NCBI GenBank assembly: GCA_003551365.1
Contig: PUMM01000024.1
Coordinates: 10,556-74,555, forward strand
Source of the DNA: Clostridia bacterium
GTDB taxonomy: Bacteria; Bacillota; Sulfobacillia; SLMV01
Direction: 5' to 3'
Length of the DNA: 64,000 bases
Part shown: piece by piece, positions 11,081 to 22,752 of the stretch
How the letters are laid out: every line of letters begins with the position of its first letter
Numbering within the stretch: the first letter of the stretch is position 1
Program-made: the position numbers and the translations under genes
Notes under the pieces: generated by a model
Told to the model about the DNA's origin: nothing
The model's database searches: none
Seen by the model: the letters and a program-made list of their open reading frames with translations, nothing else

Positions 11081-11580
11081 ACGAGGTTAATGACTGCAGT
11101 CGCCGCACAGTATTTGCCCGCGTGGGAGTGGCCTGTGATCACGGAGGTTATCCGCTCAAGGAAGAGATCTGCGCGGTGCTCCGGTCCATGGGCATCGAGT
11201 ACGGGGATCTGGGCACCGACTCGGGGGATTCGGTAGACTATCCGGATTATGCCCGGCGGTTGGCCGGGAAGGTGGCGGCTGGCGAGCTGGATGCCGGTAT
11301 TCTCATATGCGGCACGGGCATCGGCATGGCCATGGCCGCAAATAAGATTCCAGGGGTGCGGGCGGCAGTGTGCAGCGAGCCGCTTTCCACCCGTCTGACC
11401 AGGGAACACAATGATGCCAATATACTGGCAATCGGCGCCCGGATCGTCGGACCGGCCCTGGCCGAGGAGATGGTGCGGTGCTTCTGCACCACGCCATTTT
11501 CCGGGGGGCGGCACGCCCGCCGGGTGGAGAAGATTGCCGAACTGGAGAGAGATTCTTCCCAGTGTGAGAGGGAGGTTTGA
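11077..11580 (+). CDS. rpiB: Ribose-5-phosphate isomerase B
   Basis: ACDHGGYPLK and ICGTGIGMAMAANKIPGVRAA motifs. Strong SD GGAGGAGGGA before GTG 11077. Confidence 0.9.
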   Translation: MNEVNDCSRRTVFARVGVACDHGGYPLKEEICAVLRSMGIEYGDLGTDSGDSVDYPDYARRLAGKVAAGELDAGILICGTGIGMAMAANKIPGVRAAVCSEPLSTRLTREHNDANILAIGARIVGPALAEEMVRCFCTTPFSGGRHARRVEKIAELERDSSQCEREV

Positions 11581-11586
11581 GTCGCC

Positions 11587-12171
11587 ATGGAGGCTGAGGG
11601 GATCGCCGCCGGGGTGCGGCAGGCATCGGAGATGCTGATGGAGGTGGCCGAACCCGATCCGAGTGAAATTCTCGTTCTGGGGGCGAGCACCAGCGAGATA
11701 CAGGGGGAGAACATCGGTTCTGCCACGAGCGAGGAACTGGCTGCTGCGGTACTGGATGAAGTGACCGCCGTGGTGCGGCAGAACGGACTGTATCTGGCGG
11801 TGCAGTGCTGCGAACATCTGAATCGCGCCCTGGTGGTGGAAAGAGAGATGCTGGACTGCTACCCACTGAAACTGGTGTCCGTGATTCCCACCCCCTCCGC
11901 CGGAGGCGGGGTGGCCGCCCGCGCATACCGGGAGATGGACGATCCGGTGATTGTGCAGGAGGTATGCGGGCACCTGGGAATTGATATTGGAGACACCTTC
12001 ATAGCCATGCATCTCCGACCGGTGGTGGTGCCGGTGCGGATACACCACCGGGAAATAGGACGGGCCCATCTTACCATGGCGCGCACCCGTCCTCCTCTGA
12101 TAGGTGGCGAGCGGGGCGTGTACCCCGAGGACCCGTATGGAAAGCGAATCCGGCACCCCGGCGGGCCCTGA
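11587..12171 (+). CDS. TIGR01440/UPF0340 family protein (YwlG-like)
   Basis: ILVLGASTSEIQGENIGS, QCCEHLNRALVVE and IDIGDTFIAMHL match my recollection of YwlG-type proteins. Synteny with rpiB supports the call. Confidence 0.8.
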   Translation: MEAEGIAAGVRQASEMLMEVAEPDPSEILVLGASTSEIQGENIGSATSEELAAAVLDEVTAVVRQNGLYLAVQCCEHLNRALVVEREMLDCYPLKLVSVIPTPSAGGGVAARAYREMDDPVIVQEVCGHLGIDIGDTFIAMHLRPVVVPVRIHHREIGRAHLTMARTRPPLIGGERGVYPEDPYGKRIRHPGGP

Positions 12172-12253
12172 GAAGTGATTTTTTCCGGTTGCTCTCCGAC
12201 GGTGGGAAATGGTCGGGCCGGGATGATACAATGGGGTCGAATATTGTGGCAGG

Positions 12254-13312
12254 ATGATGAGCTGTAGGAGAGGAGCGAGGACGATCTCAGGTTTGCTGCC
12301 TTTCGGCGTGGCACTTATTCTGGCTGTGGTGATCACCCCGGTCTTCCGTCAGCTGGCTCTGCGACTGGGCTTTCTGGCCCACCCGGTGGATCGGAGCGTC
12401 CATTCCGCCCCGGTACCCTACCTGGGGGGCGCAGCCCTGTATGTCGCTTTTGCCCTGACGTATGCCATCCTGGGGATCACCGATCCCCTTCTTCCCGGCA
12501 TTCTGGTTGCCGGGGGATTCATTGTGCTGCTCGGGCTGGTGGATGACCTGAATAGGCTGCCGGCCGCAGTCAAGCTGGCCGGTCAGATCGTCTGCGCCCT
12601 CATTCTCCTGAGTTACGGCGTGGAGATAGAGAGGGTCACCAATCCCATGGGCGGTTTCATCTACTTCGGTATGTGGAGCGGACCGGTCACGGTCCTGTGG
12701 GTGGTGGCGTTCACCAATGCCATCAATTTCATCGACGGTCTGGATGGTCTGGCAGCCGGGGTCGCGGGCATCGCGGCAATCACCCTGGCGACGGTCGCCG
12801 TGCAGACCGGACAGCCGGCAGTGGCCCTGTATCTGACCGGTGCCCTGGCGGGAGTCTCTTTCGGGTTTCTCCCGTTCAATTTCCATCCGGCGAAGATATT
12901 CATGGGCGATGCCGGCTCCATGTTTCTGGGATTTGTGTTGGCCGCCGTGTCCATCGCGGGGACGCTCAAGAGCACTGCGGCCATTGCCCTGGGAATCCCG
13001 GTGCTGGCGGTGGGACTGCCGGTCATGGATACCGCCTTCGCCATCGTTCGCCGGTGGCGCAATGGACAGGCTCTGTACGAGCCGGACCGCGGCCACCTGC
13101 ATCACCGTCTGCTGCAGATGGGAATGACGCAGCGTGAGGCAGTGATGCTGATGTACTGCATCAGCGGATGGATGGGGATCAGCGCCCTGGCCCTGACTCA
13201 CCTCCGTCCCGCGCCGGGTCTGGGAGTCATGGCCTTTGCCTTTGTTTCACTGTATTTTGGAGCCAAAAAATTCGGAATTATGGACCTGGAACGGAGAGAA
13301 TACTTTCGTTGA
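12254..13312 (+). CDS. Glycosyltransferase family 4, undecaprenyl-phosphate GlcNAc-1-phosphate transferase (TagO/WecA/MraY-like)
   Basis: Polytopic membrane protein with NAINFIDGLDGLAAG and FMGDAGSMFLGF motifs. Confidence 0.85.
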   Translation: MMSCRRGARTISGLLPFGVALILAVVITPVFRQLALRLGFLAHPVDRSVHSAPVPYLGGAALYVAFALTYAILGITDPLLPGILVAGGFIVLLGLVDDLNRLPAAVKLAGQIVCALILLSYGVEIERVTNPMGGFIYFGMWSGPVTVLWVVAFTNAINFIDGLDGLAAGVAGIAAITLATVAVQTGQPAVALYLTGALAGVSFGFLPFNFHPAKIFMGDAGSMFLGFVLAAVSIAGTLKSTAAIALGIPVLAVGLPVMDTAFAIVRRWRNGQALYEPDRGHLHHRLLQMGMTQREAVMLMYCISGWMGISALALTHLRPAPGLGVMAFAFVSLYFGAKKFGIMDLERREYFR

Positions 13313-14463
13313 GTCGACACAGAGTGCTGATAAGCTTTGGAACGAGACCGGAAGCGATAAAGATGGCTCCCGTGGTCAGCGAACTGCAGAACCGCGGCAC
13401 CCTTGAGGTGATTACTGCGGTTACGGGACAGCACAGGGAACTGCTGGATCAGGTGCTGGAACTTTTCGGGATTGACCCGGAGTTCAACCTGCACGTGATG
13501 AAACCCCGGCAGAGCCTCACCGACGTGACCGTCCGCGTGCTGCGCGGTCTGGAGGATATATATCGGGAGGTCGAACCTGATTTGGTGCTGGTACACGGGG
13601 ATACAGCCACCACGCTGGCTGCCTCCCTGGCGGCCTTTTATCAGAAGGTGTCGGTGGGACACGTCGAGGCGGGTCTCCGCACTTTCGACCGGTACCAGCC
13701 CTACCCGGAGGAGATGAACCGGGTTCTGACCGATCACATTTCCGAGCTGCACTTTTCTCCCACCGGCATGAACAGGGATCATCTTTTGCGCGAGGGTGTG
13801 CGGGAGGAGAACATATTTGTCACCGGAAATACCGCCATCGATGCCCTCATGAGTACGGTGGAAAAGGACATCCCCTTCGCCCTCCCCGCCCTGCGCGAGC
13901 GTCCGTGGGAGGGGAAGAGACTGGTTCTGGTGGAGGTGCATCGCCGGGAGAGCTTCGGTGGGCCCCTGCGGGACATCTTTCGCGCTCTGGCACGTTTTGT
14001 GCAGGAGTGCGAGGAGGTCTTCATGGTCTGTTCCGTGCATCCGAATCCGGAGGTTTCCGGGCCGGCTCAACTGCTGCGGGGACGGGAGAGAATCCTGACC
14101 ATTGACCCGGTCAGCTATCCGGACTGGGCGCGCCTGATGGATGCGGCCCACTTCATAGTGACCGATTCGGGTGGGCTGCAGGAAGAGGCTCCCTCCCTGA
14201 ACACGCCAGTGCTGGTGGCACGGGAGAAGACGGAGAGACAGGAGGCCATCGAGGCCAAGACGGTGAAAAAAGTTGGAGTGAGTGAAGAATCGGTGTTTTC
14301 GGCCTGTCGGCAACTGCTGCAGGATGAGGACGAGCACCGCGGTATGTCGCAGGCACAGAATCCGTATGGCGACGGGCGTGCAGCCGGACGAATCGGCGAC
14401 GCCCTGGAATGGCACTGGAAGCTGAGATCGGACCCGGTGAGCGAGTTCTATCCGCACAGCTAG
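13309..14463 (+). CDS. mnaA: UDP-N-acetylglucosamine 2-epimerase (non-hydrolysing)
   Basis: VLISFGTRPEAIKMAPV, HVEAGLRT, TDSGGLQEEAPSL motifs. Start taken as TTG 13309, overlapping the upstream stop; GTG 13324 is also possible. The track ORF N-terminus (13168) is an artefact. Confidence 0.9.
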   Translation: MSRHRVLISFGTRPEAIKMAPVVSELQNRGTLEVITAVTGQHRELLDQVLELFGIDPEFNLHVMKPRQSLTDVTVRVLRGLEDIYREVEPDLVLVHGDTATTLAASLAAFYQKVSVGHVEAGLRTFDRYQPYPEEMNRVLTDHISELHFSPTGMNRDHLLREGVREENIFVTGNTAIDALMSTVEKDIPFALPALRERPWEGKRLVLVEVHRRESFGGPLRDIFRALARFVQECEEVFMVCSVHPNPEVSGPAQLLRGRERILTIDPVSYPDWARLMDAAHFIVTDSGGLQEEAPSLNTPVLVAREKTERQEAIEAKTVKKVGVSEESVFSACRQLLQDEDEHRGMSQAQNPYGDGRAAGRIGDALEWHWKLRSDPVSEFYPHS

Positions 14464-14494
14464 CGGAAGATTGCCGGGTCGGGAGGTGGAGATT

Positions 14495-14968
14495 GTGAGT
14501 CCAATCATGTGGACGCTGGTGAACCTGGTAGTGCTCATCGTCCTCGCGGTGCGCTACGGTCGGGAGCCCGCCGGTCGCTTTTTGCACTCGTATGAGAAGG
14601 AGATTGAGGAAGCGCTGGAGCGGGCCGATGCAGGACGGCGCGAGGCCAAGGAGCGTTTGGCCAGCTGGAGAGAGCGCTGGGAGCAGCTCGATGCGGAGAT
14701 CGAAGAGATTATCCGGGACGGACGGGAGACGGGCCGCAGACTGCAGGAAGACGCCCGCGACCGGGCCCGCCGGGAGCGGGAGCATCTGCGGAGCCGGGCC
14801 CGCATCAGCATCGAGCGGGAGCACGACCGGGCCTTTGTACAGACGCGGGAAATGATGTCGCAGACCCTGGTCTCCGCCGTTACCCGTGCCCTGCAGTCCA
14901 CGGTTACGGGTGACGATCACCGGCGCCTGGTGAAGAATTTTATAAGTGAAGTGGGAGATGGGTCATGA
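14495..14968 (+). CDS. atpF: F0F1 ATP synthase subunit b
   Basis: Single N-terminal TM helix, then a long charged coiled coil. Immediately precedes atpH. GTG 14495 has GGGAGGTGGAG upstream. Confidence 0.8.
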   Translation: MSPIMWTLVNLVVLIVLAVRYGREPAGRFLHSYEKEIEEALERADAGRREAKERLASWRERWEQLDAEIEEIIRDGRETGRRLQEDARDRARREREHLRSRARISIEREHDRAFVQTREMMSQTLVSAVTRALQSTVTGDDHRRLVKNFISEVGDGS

Positions 14969-15534
14969 GTGTCACGGCAGCGGAAAAGTACGCAGATGTT
15001 CTGTACGAATGGGCAGAGGAACGGGATGCAGTGCAGGAGGCGGAAGAGTCACTGAACCGGATGGAGCAGTTCATCGAGCAGAGTGAGGACTTTCGCCTCA
15101 TATGGCTGCACCCGGTTCTGCCCGCCTCGACCAAGAAGAAGATTCTGGAACCCGTACTGGATGACCAGATATCCCCCGGTATGTGGGGTTTTATCTCCCT
15201 GATAATGGAGCGGCGGCGCGAGAAGCTCCTTCCGGCCATAGCCGGTGAGCTGCGGGAGAGAATCCTGCGCGCCCGCGGCGTGGAACCGGTGGATGTGTAC
15301 GCGGCGGACGACATACCGGAGGACCTCCGGGAGCAGCTCAACCGCGTCCTGAGTGAGCGGGAGTCAACGGAGGTCATTCTGCGTTATCATCAGAACCCCG
15401 AGCTGCTCGGAGGACTGGTGGTCCGGATCGGAGATCTCAAGATTGATGGAAGCCTGCGCAATCGACTGAGAAAGCTCAGGCGCGTATTGTCGGCGGGTAC
15501 AGACGTGCAGATGCCCACAAGAAGGGATGAATAG
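14965..15534 (+). CDS. atpH: F0F1 ATP synthase subunit delta (OSCP)
   Basis: C-terminal [21 protein letters not shown] motif. Position between atpF and atpA. Confidence 0.87.
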   Translation: MSVTAAEKYADVLYEWAEERDAVQEAEESLNRMEQFIEQSEDFRLIWLHPVLPASTKKKILEPVLDDQISPGMWGFISLIMERRREKLLPAIAGELRERILRARGVEPVDVYAADDIPEDLREQLNRVLSERESTEVILRYHQNPELLGGLVVRIGDLKIDGSLRNRLRKLRRVLSAGTDVQMPTRRDE

Positions 15535-15536
15535 CG

Positions 15537-17084
15537 TTGAGTATGAGAATTGACGAGATTAGTTCCATCCTGCGCCAGCAGCTGGACCAGTACGAAATTG
15601 AGGTCGACGTGGACCAGGTGGGAACCGTCATCGAGGTGGCCGACGGAGTGGCCCAGGTGTACGGATTGCGCGGAGTCATGGCACAGGAGCTGGTGCAGTT
15701 CAGCACCGGCGTCTACGGCATGGCCTTCAACCTGGAGCAGGACACCGTCGGTGTGGTGATCATGGGACCCTACTCCGACATCCAGTCGGGAGACGAGGTC
15801 CGCAGCACCGGTCGCATTGTCGAGGTCCCGGTCGGAGAGGCCATGCTGGGACGCATCGTGGACTCTCTGGGACAGCCGATCGACGGCGAGGGTCCCCTGG
15901 ATGCAGAGTCCTCCCGTCCCACCGAGGTGAAGGCCCCCGGCGTAATATACCGGGAGGAGGTCAACACCCCGGTGCAGACCGGCTGGAAGGCGATCGACTC
16001 CATGATCCCCATAGGGCGGGGGCAGCGTGAGCTGATAATTGGTGATCGCCAGACCGGCAAGACCTCCCTGGTCATCGACACCATAATCAACCAGAAGGAC
16101 AGCGACGTTATATGCGTGTACGTGGCCGTCGGTCAGAAAGCCAGCACCGTGGCTTCGGTGGTCGATGCCCTGGAACGGTACGATGCCATGGACCACACCA
16201 TTGTGGTCTCCGCCACCGCCAGTCAGCCGGCTCCGCAGCTGTTCATAGCTCCCTATGCGGGCTGCGCCATCGGCGAGTACTTCATGTACGAGCACAATCG
16301 CGACGTTCTCCTCATTTATGACGATCTTACCAAGCACGCCTGGGCGTATCGTGAGATGTCGCTATTGATGCGGCGTCCTCCCGGCCGGGAAGCGTATCCC
16401 GGAGACATTTTCTATGCCCATTCCCGTCTGCTGGAGCGGGCGGCCAAGCTGAGCGAGGAGATCATGGGCGGCGGTTCGCTCACCGCGCTCCCCATATGTG
16501 AGACGCACGGCGGCGACATAAGCGCCTATATACCGACCAACCTGATCTCCATCACCGACGGTCAGATATTTCTGCAGTCGGACCTGTTCTACTCCGGTGT
16601 CCGGCCCGCCGTCGATGTGGGTAGATCAGTTTCCCGGGTGGGCAGCGCCGCGCAGGTTCCGGCCATGAAGCGCGTGGCCGGGCGGCTCCGACTGGATCTG
16701 TCGCAGTATCGCGAGCTGCAGGCCTTTGCCCAGTTCGGTTCCGACCTGGATGCAGCCACACAGGCCCGCCTGGCGCGGGGCGAGCGGACCACCGAGGTTC
16801 TCAAGCAGGGCGAACGGGATCCCGTGTCGGTCGAGGACCAGGCCTTCAGCATTTATCTCGCGGTCAACGGCGAGCTGGATGACGTGCAAGTGGCGGATGT
16901 TCCCTCGTTCGTGGACGAGTTCCTGCGGCATATCCACACGCACCATCCCGACTTCGTGCAGCGGGTGCGCGACAGCGGAGAGCTGGAGGACGAGGACGCG
17001 AATGAGCTGGATGACATCATCGCCGACTTCAAGGAGGCCCAATCTGGAGAGGGCGAGGCCGATTCGGACCGCAGGGTATCCTGA
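15537..17084 (+). CDS. atpA: F0F1 ATP synthase subunit alpha
   Basis: Walker [10 protein letters not shown], conserved [30 protein letters not shown]. Confidence 0.97.
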   Translation: MSMRIDEISSILRQQLDQYEIEVDVDQVGTVIEVADGVAQVYGLRGVMAQELVQFSTGVYGMAFNLEQDTVGVVIMGPYSDIQSGDEVRSTGRIVEVPVGEAMLGRIVDSLGQPIDGEGPLDAESSRPTEVKAPGVIYREEVNTPVQTGWKAIDSMIPIGRGQRELIIGDRQTGKTSLVIDTIINQKDSDVICVYVAVGQKASTVASVVDALERYDAMDHTIVVSATASQPAPQLFIAPYAGCAIGEYFMYEHNRDVLLIYDDLTKHAWAYREMSLLMRRPPGREAYPGDIFYAHSRLLERAAKLSEEIMGGGSLTALPICETHGGDISAYIPTNLISITDGQIFLQSDLFYSGVRPAVDVGRSVSRVGSAAQVPAMKRVAGRLRLDLSQYRELQAFAQFGSDLDAATQARLARGERTTEVLKQGERDPVSVEDQAFSIYLAVNGELDDVQVADVPSFVDEFLRHIHTHHPDFVQRVRDSGELEDEDANELDDIIADFKEAQSGEGEADSDRRVS

Positions 17085-17142
17085 GTCATCCGTCGAGGAG
17101 GTGAGAACCTGGGGTTTCTCCTGGTGAGGATCCCAGTCCAAA

Positions 17143-19919
<2,777 letters not shown>

Positions 19920-19929
19920 GCAGCAGGGG

Positions 19930-19955
19930 CGGTGCAGCTGACTCCGGCTGCACCG
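19930..19955 (+). terminator. GC-rich hairpin after atpC (terminator candidate, no U-tract)
   Basis: Perfect 9-bp stem CGGTGCAGC/GCTGCACCG with an 8-nt loop. Confidence 0.4.
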
Positions 19956-20045
19956 TCCTGTCACCCCATCCTCGATTCTTTCATCATATCCCCCTTCCGT
20001 GCATAGGGATTTAGGAGGAGATTCGTATGCGGAAGAGGGGTTCGC

Positions 20046-21095
20046 TTGCGCCACGTTCTGATCAGCTTTCTCTTACTGCTCATCGTCGTCATTATATGCA
20101 TACCCTGGGTCATGATGCGCGGTCTGGATGAAGCGGCGCCTCCCGATCGCCCCCCGGATTCGCCCCCTGAGGTGAAGAGAGATTCCTCCCCGCCCGAGGA
20201 GGGGGAGGCCCCCCTCACCATAGAGGTGGCGCTCTCCGGTTCGGGACGGGTTCAACCGATGGGACTGGAGGAATACCTGGTCGGGGTGGTGGCGGCGGAG
20301 ATGCCGGCCAGCTTCCACCCGGAGGCACTGAAGGCGCAGGCGGTGCTGGCGCGCACTTATGCGGTGTCGCGCCTGCGCGAGCTGGGCGGCAGCGGCACGG
20401 CCGCAGGGGCGGATGCGGATATCTCTGATGACCCGGATTACGATCAGGCCTGGATGAACTCGGAACAGATGAGGGATCGCTGGGGCTGGCTATCCTACTG
20501 GACGCATCGCCGCCGCATTGAGGAGGCAGTGGCGGCCACGGAGGGACTGGTGGTGACGCACGACGGTTCCCTCATTGAGGCGGTATATCATTCCACCTCG
20601 GGCGGAAGAACGGAGGATGCCATCTCGGTGTGGGGAGGTGAACATCCCTACCTGGTGAGTGTGCAATCCCCGTACGAGGAGCACTCTCCCCACAAGCTCA
20701 CTGCCCGCCGGCTCACCTGGGGTGAACTGGCGGGGCTGACCGGGGTGGAGGAGGAGACCCTGCGGGCGCAGGGGGCGGACCCCGACGGTCGGGCGGTGCG
20801 CGTCGCCGAGCGAAGCAAAACTGGCCGGGTGGTGCGGGCCATAATCGGCGGGGAGGAGTTCTGCGCCCGCAGACTGCGCGAGCTGCTGGACCTTCCCTCC
20901 ACCTGGTGGGAGGTCGAGGAGCACGGGGACGGGGTGACATTCTCTGTGCGCGGCTTCGGCCACGGCGTGGGCATGTCGCAGTACGGGGCGGATGGCATGG
21001 CGCAGCGAGGATACTCCCACCGCGAGATAATCACACACTACTATCCGGATACCGAGCTGCACTCCCTGCAGGAGCTGGATGCGGTCGCTGAGTGA
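20046..21095 (+). CDS. spoIID: Stage II sporulation protein D (lytic transglycosylase)
   Basis: SpoIID/LytB domain: AQAVLARTYAV, YHSTSGGRTEDA, GFGHGVGMSQYGA. N-terminal TM segment. Confidence 0.9.
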   Translation: MRHVLISFLLLLIVVIICIPWVMMRGLDEAAPPDRPPDSPPEVKRDSSPPEEGEAPLTIEVALSGSGRVQPMGLEEYLVGVVAAEMPASFHPEALKAQAVLARTYAVSRLRELGGSGTAAGADADISDDPDYDQAWMNSEQMRDRWGWLSYWTHRRRIEEAVAATEGLVVTHDGSLIEAVYHSTSGGRTEDAISVWGGEHPYLVSVQSPYEEHSPHKLTARRLTWGELAGLTGVEEETLRAQGADPDGRAVRVAERSKTGRVVRAIIGGEEFCARRLRELLDLPSTWWEVEEHGDGVTFSVRGFGHGVGMSQYGADGMAQRGYSHREIITHYYPDTELHSLQELDAVAE

Positions 21096-21110
21096 TCGCT
21101 CTCTCCGGTA

Positions 21111-22145
21111 TTGTCGACGGCCACTCCGGCAATACTAGGCGAGAAGGGAGTGGAGACCTTGTATCGACGCAGAGTTACACCTGCACAGAAGTTTCAGTTG
21201 ATATGTTGTGCCATTGGACTCACCGTACTGCTGCTGGTCGTCTTAACCTCGCGCAGCGTTCCGCGGGTGCCGGACGGAGCGGATGACGCGGCGTCGGGGC
21301 AGGTGTTCTACGAATGGGCGCTCAGCGCCCCCGGAGGAGAGATCTCGCCGCCCACCGGTGGGGGATCTGCCTTCATCCACGGGGGCAGGGCTCCGGCCGG
21401 AGGGGGCGCGGCTGCCAGTCATCTGGGTGGCCTCATCGCCGCCGGGCTGGGAGATCACCTCTGGCCGCCCGGTGATGGCGTCACTCTGATAGACCACGTT
21501 TCTCCGTCCCCGCCCGCTGAGCCTCCCGCCGCGCCGCAGACCGAGCCGGTCGACTCCGGAGTTAATCGGCCACCCCGGCCAATGCCCCCGCCAGACGAGG
21601 GGCGGGAGGATCATTCCCCGGCGGAGCAAAAGACCCCGGCCGGCGATGAGGCGTCCCCCGGGAAGCAGACGGATGATGCTCAGGACAGAAGCAAGGCGGA
21701 CCCGCCGCCCGCCGAGTACGGGGTTGTGGAGAAAGTCCCGCTGCCGGTGTGCGGGGAGGTGGCAGTACCCTTTGGCTGGACCGAATGCCCCACCCTGGAC
21801 GAGTGGATCTTTCACCCCGGCATCGACATCGAGGCAGAGGAGGGGAGTGTGGTGTGCGCTCCCGTGGCGGGAGAGGTGCTGGAGGTGCGGGACGAGCCAG
21901 ATATGGGTACCTCGGTCACAGTCGCCGCAGGGGGACTTCAGTTCATCCACTCGGCCCTGGCCGTAGCCGCGGTGGCCCCCGGGGGGGCCGTGCAGCGGGG
22001 GGAGACCCTGGGCGAAGTGGGTCCCGCCCCGCCCCGCGAGGTGGCCGTCGGACCCCATCTGCACTGGGAAGTGCGGGATGCCGGGGGCGAGCCAGTGGAG
22101 ATCCGGGTTGAGCCGGAAGGCGACCGGGCGAGGTTGATCCGCTGA
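21111..22145 (+). CDS. Membrane-anchored M23/LytM-domain protein, SpoIIQ-like by position
   Basis: TM helix (ICCAIGLTVLLLVVL), Pro/acid-rich linker, C-terminal LytM domain with HPGID and HLHWEV. Lies between spoIID and spoIIID. Start uncertain (TTG 21111 or TTG 21159). Confidence 0.6.
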   Translation: MSTATPAILGEKGVETLYRRRVTPAQKFQLICCAIGLTVLLLVVLTSRSVPRVPDGADDAASGQVFYEWALSAPGGEISPPTGGGSAFIHGGRAPAGGGAAASHLGGLIAAGLGDHLWPPGDGVTLIDHVSPSPPAEPPAAPQTEPVDSGVNRPPRPMPPPDEGREDHSPAEQKTPAGDEASPGKQTDDAQDRSKADPPPAEYGVVEKVPLPVCGEVAVPFGWTECPTLDEWIFHPGIDIEAEEGSVVCAPVAGEVLEVRDEPDMGTSVTVAAGGLQFIHSALAVAAVAPGGAVQRGETLGEVGPAPPREVAVGPHLHWEVRDAGGEPVEIRVEPEGDRARLIR

Positions 22146-22187
22146 TGCGGCCGGTTTCCCGCAGCGTCAGAGTCGTCGGCTGGACGG

Positions 22188-22216
22188 GTATGTTTGCTGT
22201 CCCGTTGCATATAGAT
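22188..22216 (+). promoter_or_regulatory. Sigma-E-like promoter candidate for spoIIID
   Basis: GTATGTT (22188-22194), 13-nt spacer, CATATAGAT (22208-22216). Loosely resembles the mother-cell sigma-E consensus as I recall it. Confidence 0.25.
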
Positions 22217-22248
22217 GTACTGCCGGGCTCAGGTAGGGAGGGAATCAG

Positions 22249-22512
22249 GTGAGAGGATACATCTGGCGGCGGGTCCTGGACGTGAGCACCTACATCGCCG
22301 ACACAGGTTGCACGGTGCGGGATGCGGCCCGCAAGTTCGCCGTTAGCAAGAGCACAGTACACAAGGACGTCAGCGAGAGACTCCCCCAGATCGACGCCCG
22401 CCTGGCCGGGCGAGTGCGCCGTATTCTGGATCACAACAAGGCGGAACGGCACATCCGCGGCGGTGAGGCCACCCGCAAAAAATATGCCGAGCGTCATGCA
22501 GGAGTTTCCTGA
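22249..22512 (+). CDS. spoIIID: Sporulation transcriptional regulator SpoIIID
   Basis: FAVSKSTVHKDVSERLPQID...RHIRGGEATRKKY closely matches the B. subtilis SpoIIID HTH region. 87 aa. Confidence 0.95.
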   Translation: MRGYIWRRVLDVSTYIADTGCTVRDAARKFAVSKSTVHKDVSERLPQIDARLAGRVRRILDHNKAERHIRGGEATRKKYAERHAGVS

Positions 22513-22524
22513 ATGACCGAGAAA

Positions 22525-22531
22525 CCGATAT
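22525..22531 (+). promoter_or_regulatory. Sigma-D-type -10 element (CCGATAT) upstream of the rod-gene leader; -35 poor
   Basis: Exact CCGATAT ~40 nt upstream of the riboswitch-like element. No TAAA at the expected spacing. A 7-mer alone can occur by chance. Confidence 0.25.
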
Positions 22532-22571
22532 ACTTAGAGAAGTTCATATGATGCCTGCGGAGTGAGAAACC

Positions 22572-22655
22572 CGACAAGGGCAAACCCATCGCGAGGTGGG
22601 GGCGCAAAGCCGTGATTCCCCCGTGGAATGTCTGGCTGCCGGGACATCACCGTCG
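22572..22655 (+). promoter_or_regulatory. Candidate c-di-GMP-I (GEMM-I) riboswitch aptamer
   Basis: AAGGGCAAACC, then hairpin CCCAUC-GCGA(GNRA)-GGUGGG, then GGCGCAAAGCC, then a second long hairpin (22612-22650). A lone C and GUCG follow, pairing with CGAC (22572-22575). This near-matches the Vc2 aptamer core as I recall it. Confidence 0.68.
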
Positions 22656-22752
22656 ATTGCCCCTCTCCAGCAGCTCCGCGCTGGGTACCCCTTCGGAGAA
22701 AAACTACCCTTGTCGCCCTCGTCCGGATGCATCGACGGGAGGTGAATGCGAC

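Noticed and set aside
13198-14538. 446-aa minus-strand ORF antisense to mnaA/wecB. Similar long antisense ORFs occur at 5561-6901, 10990-12336, 23550-25226, 26505-28013, 33997-35493, 36610-37776, 51845-53590 and 61973-63271.
   Set aside because: Each lies opposite a gene with unmistakable family motifs. Their translations are Arg/Pro/Gly/His-rich without any motif. Long stop-free antisense frames are expected in GC-rich DNA.
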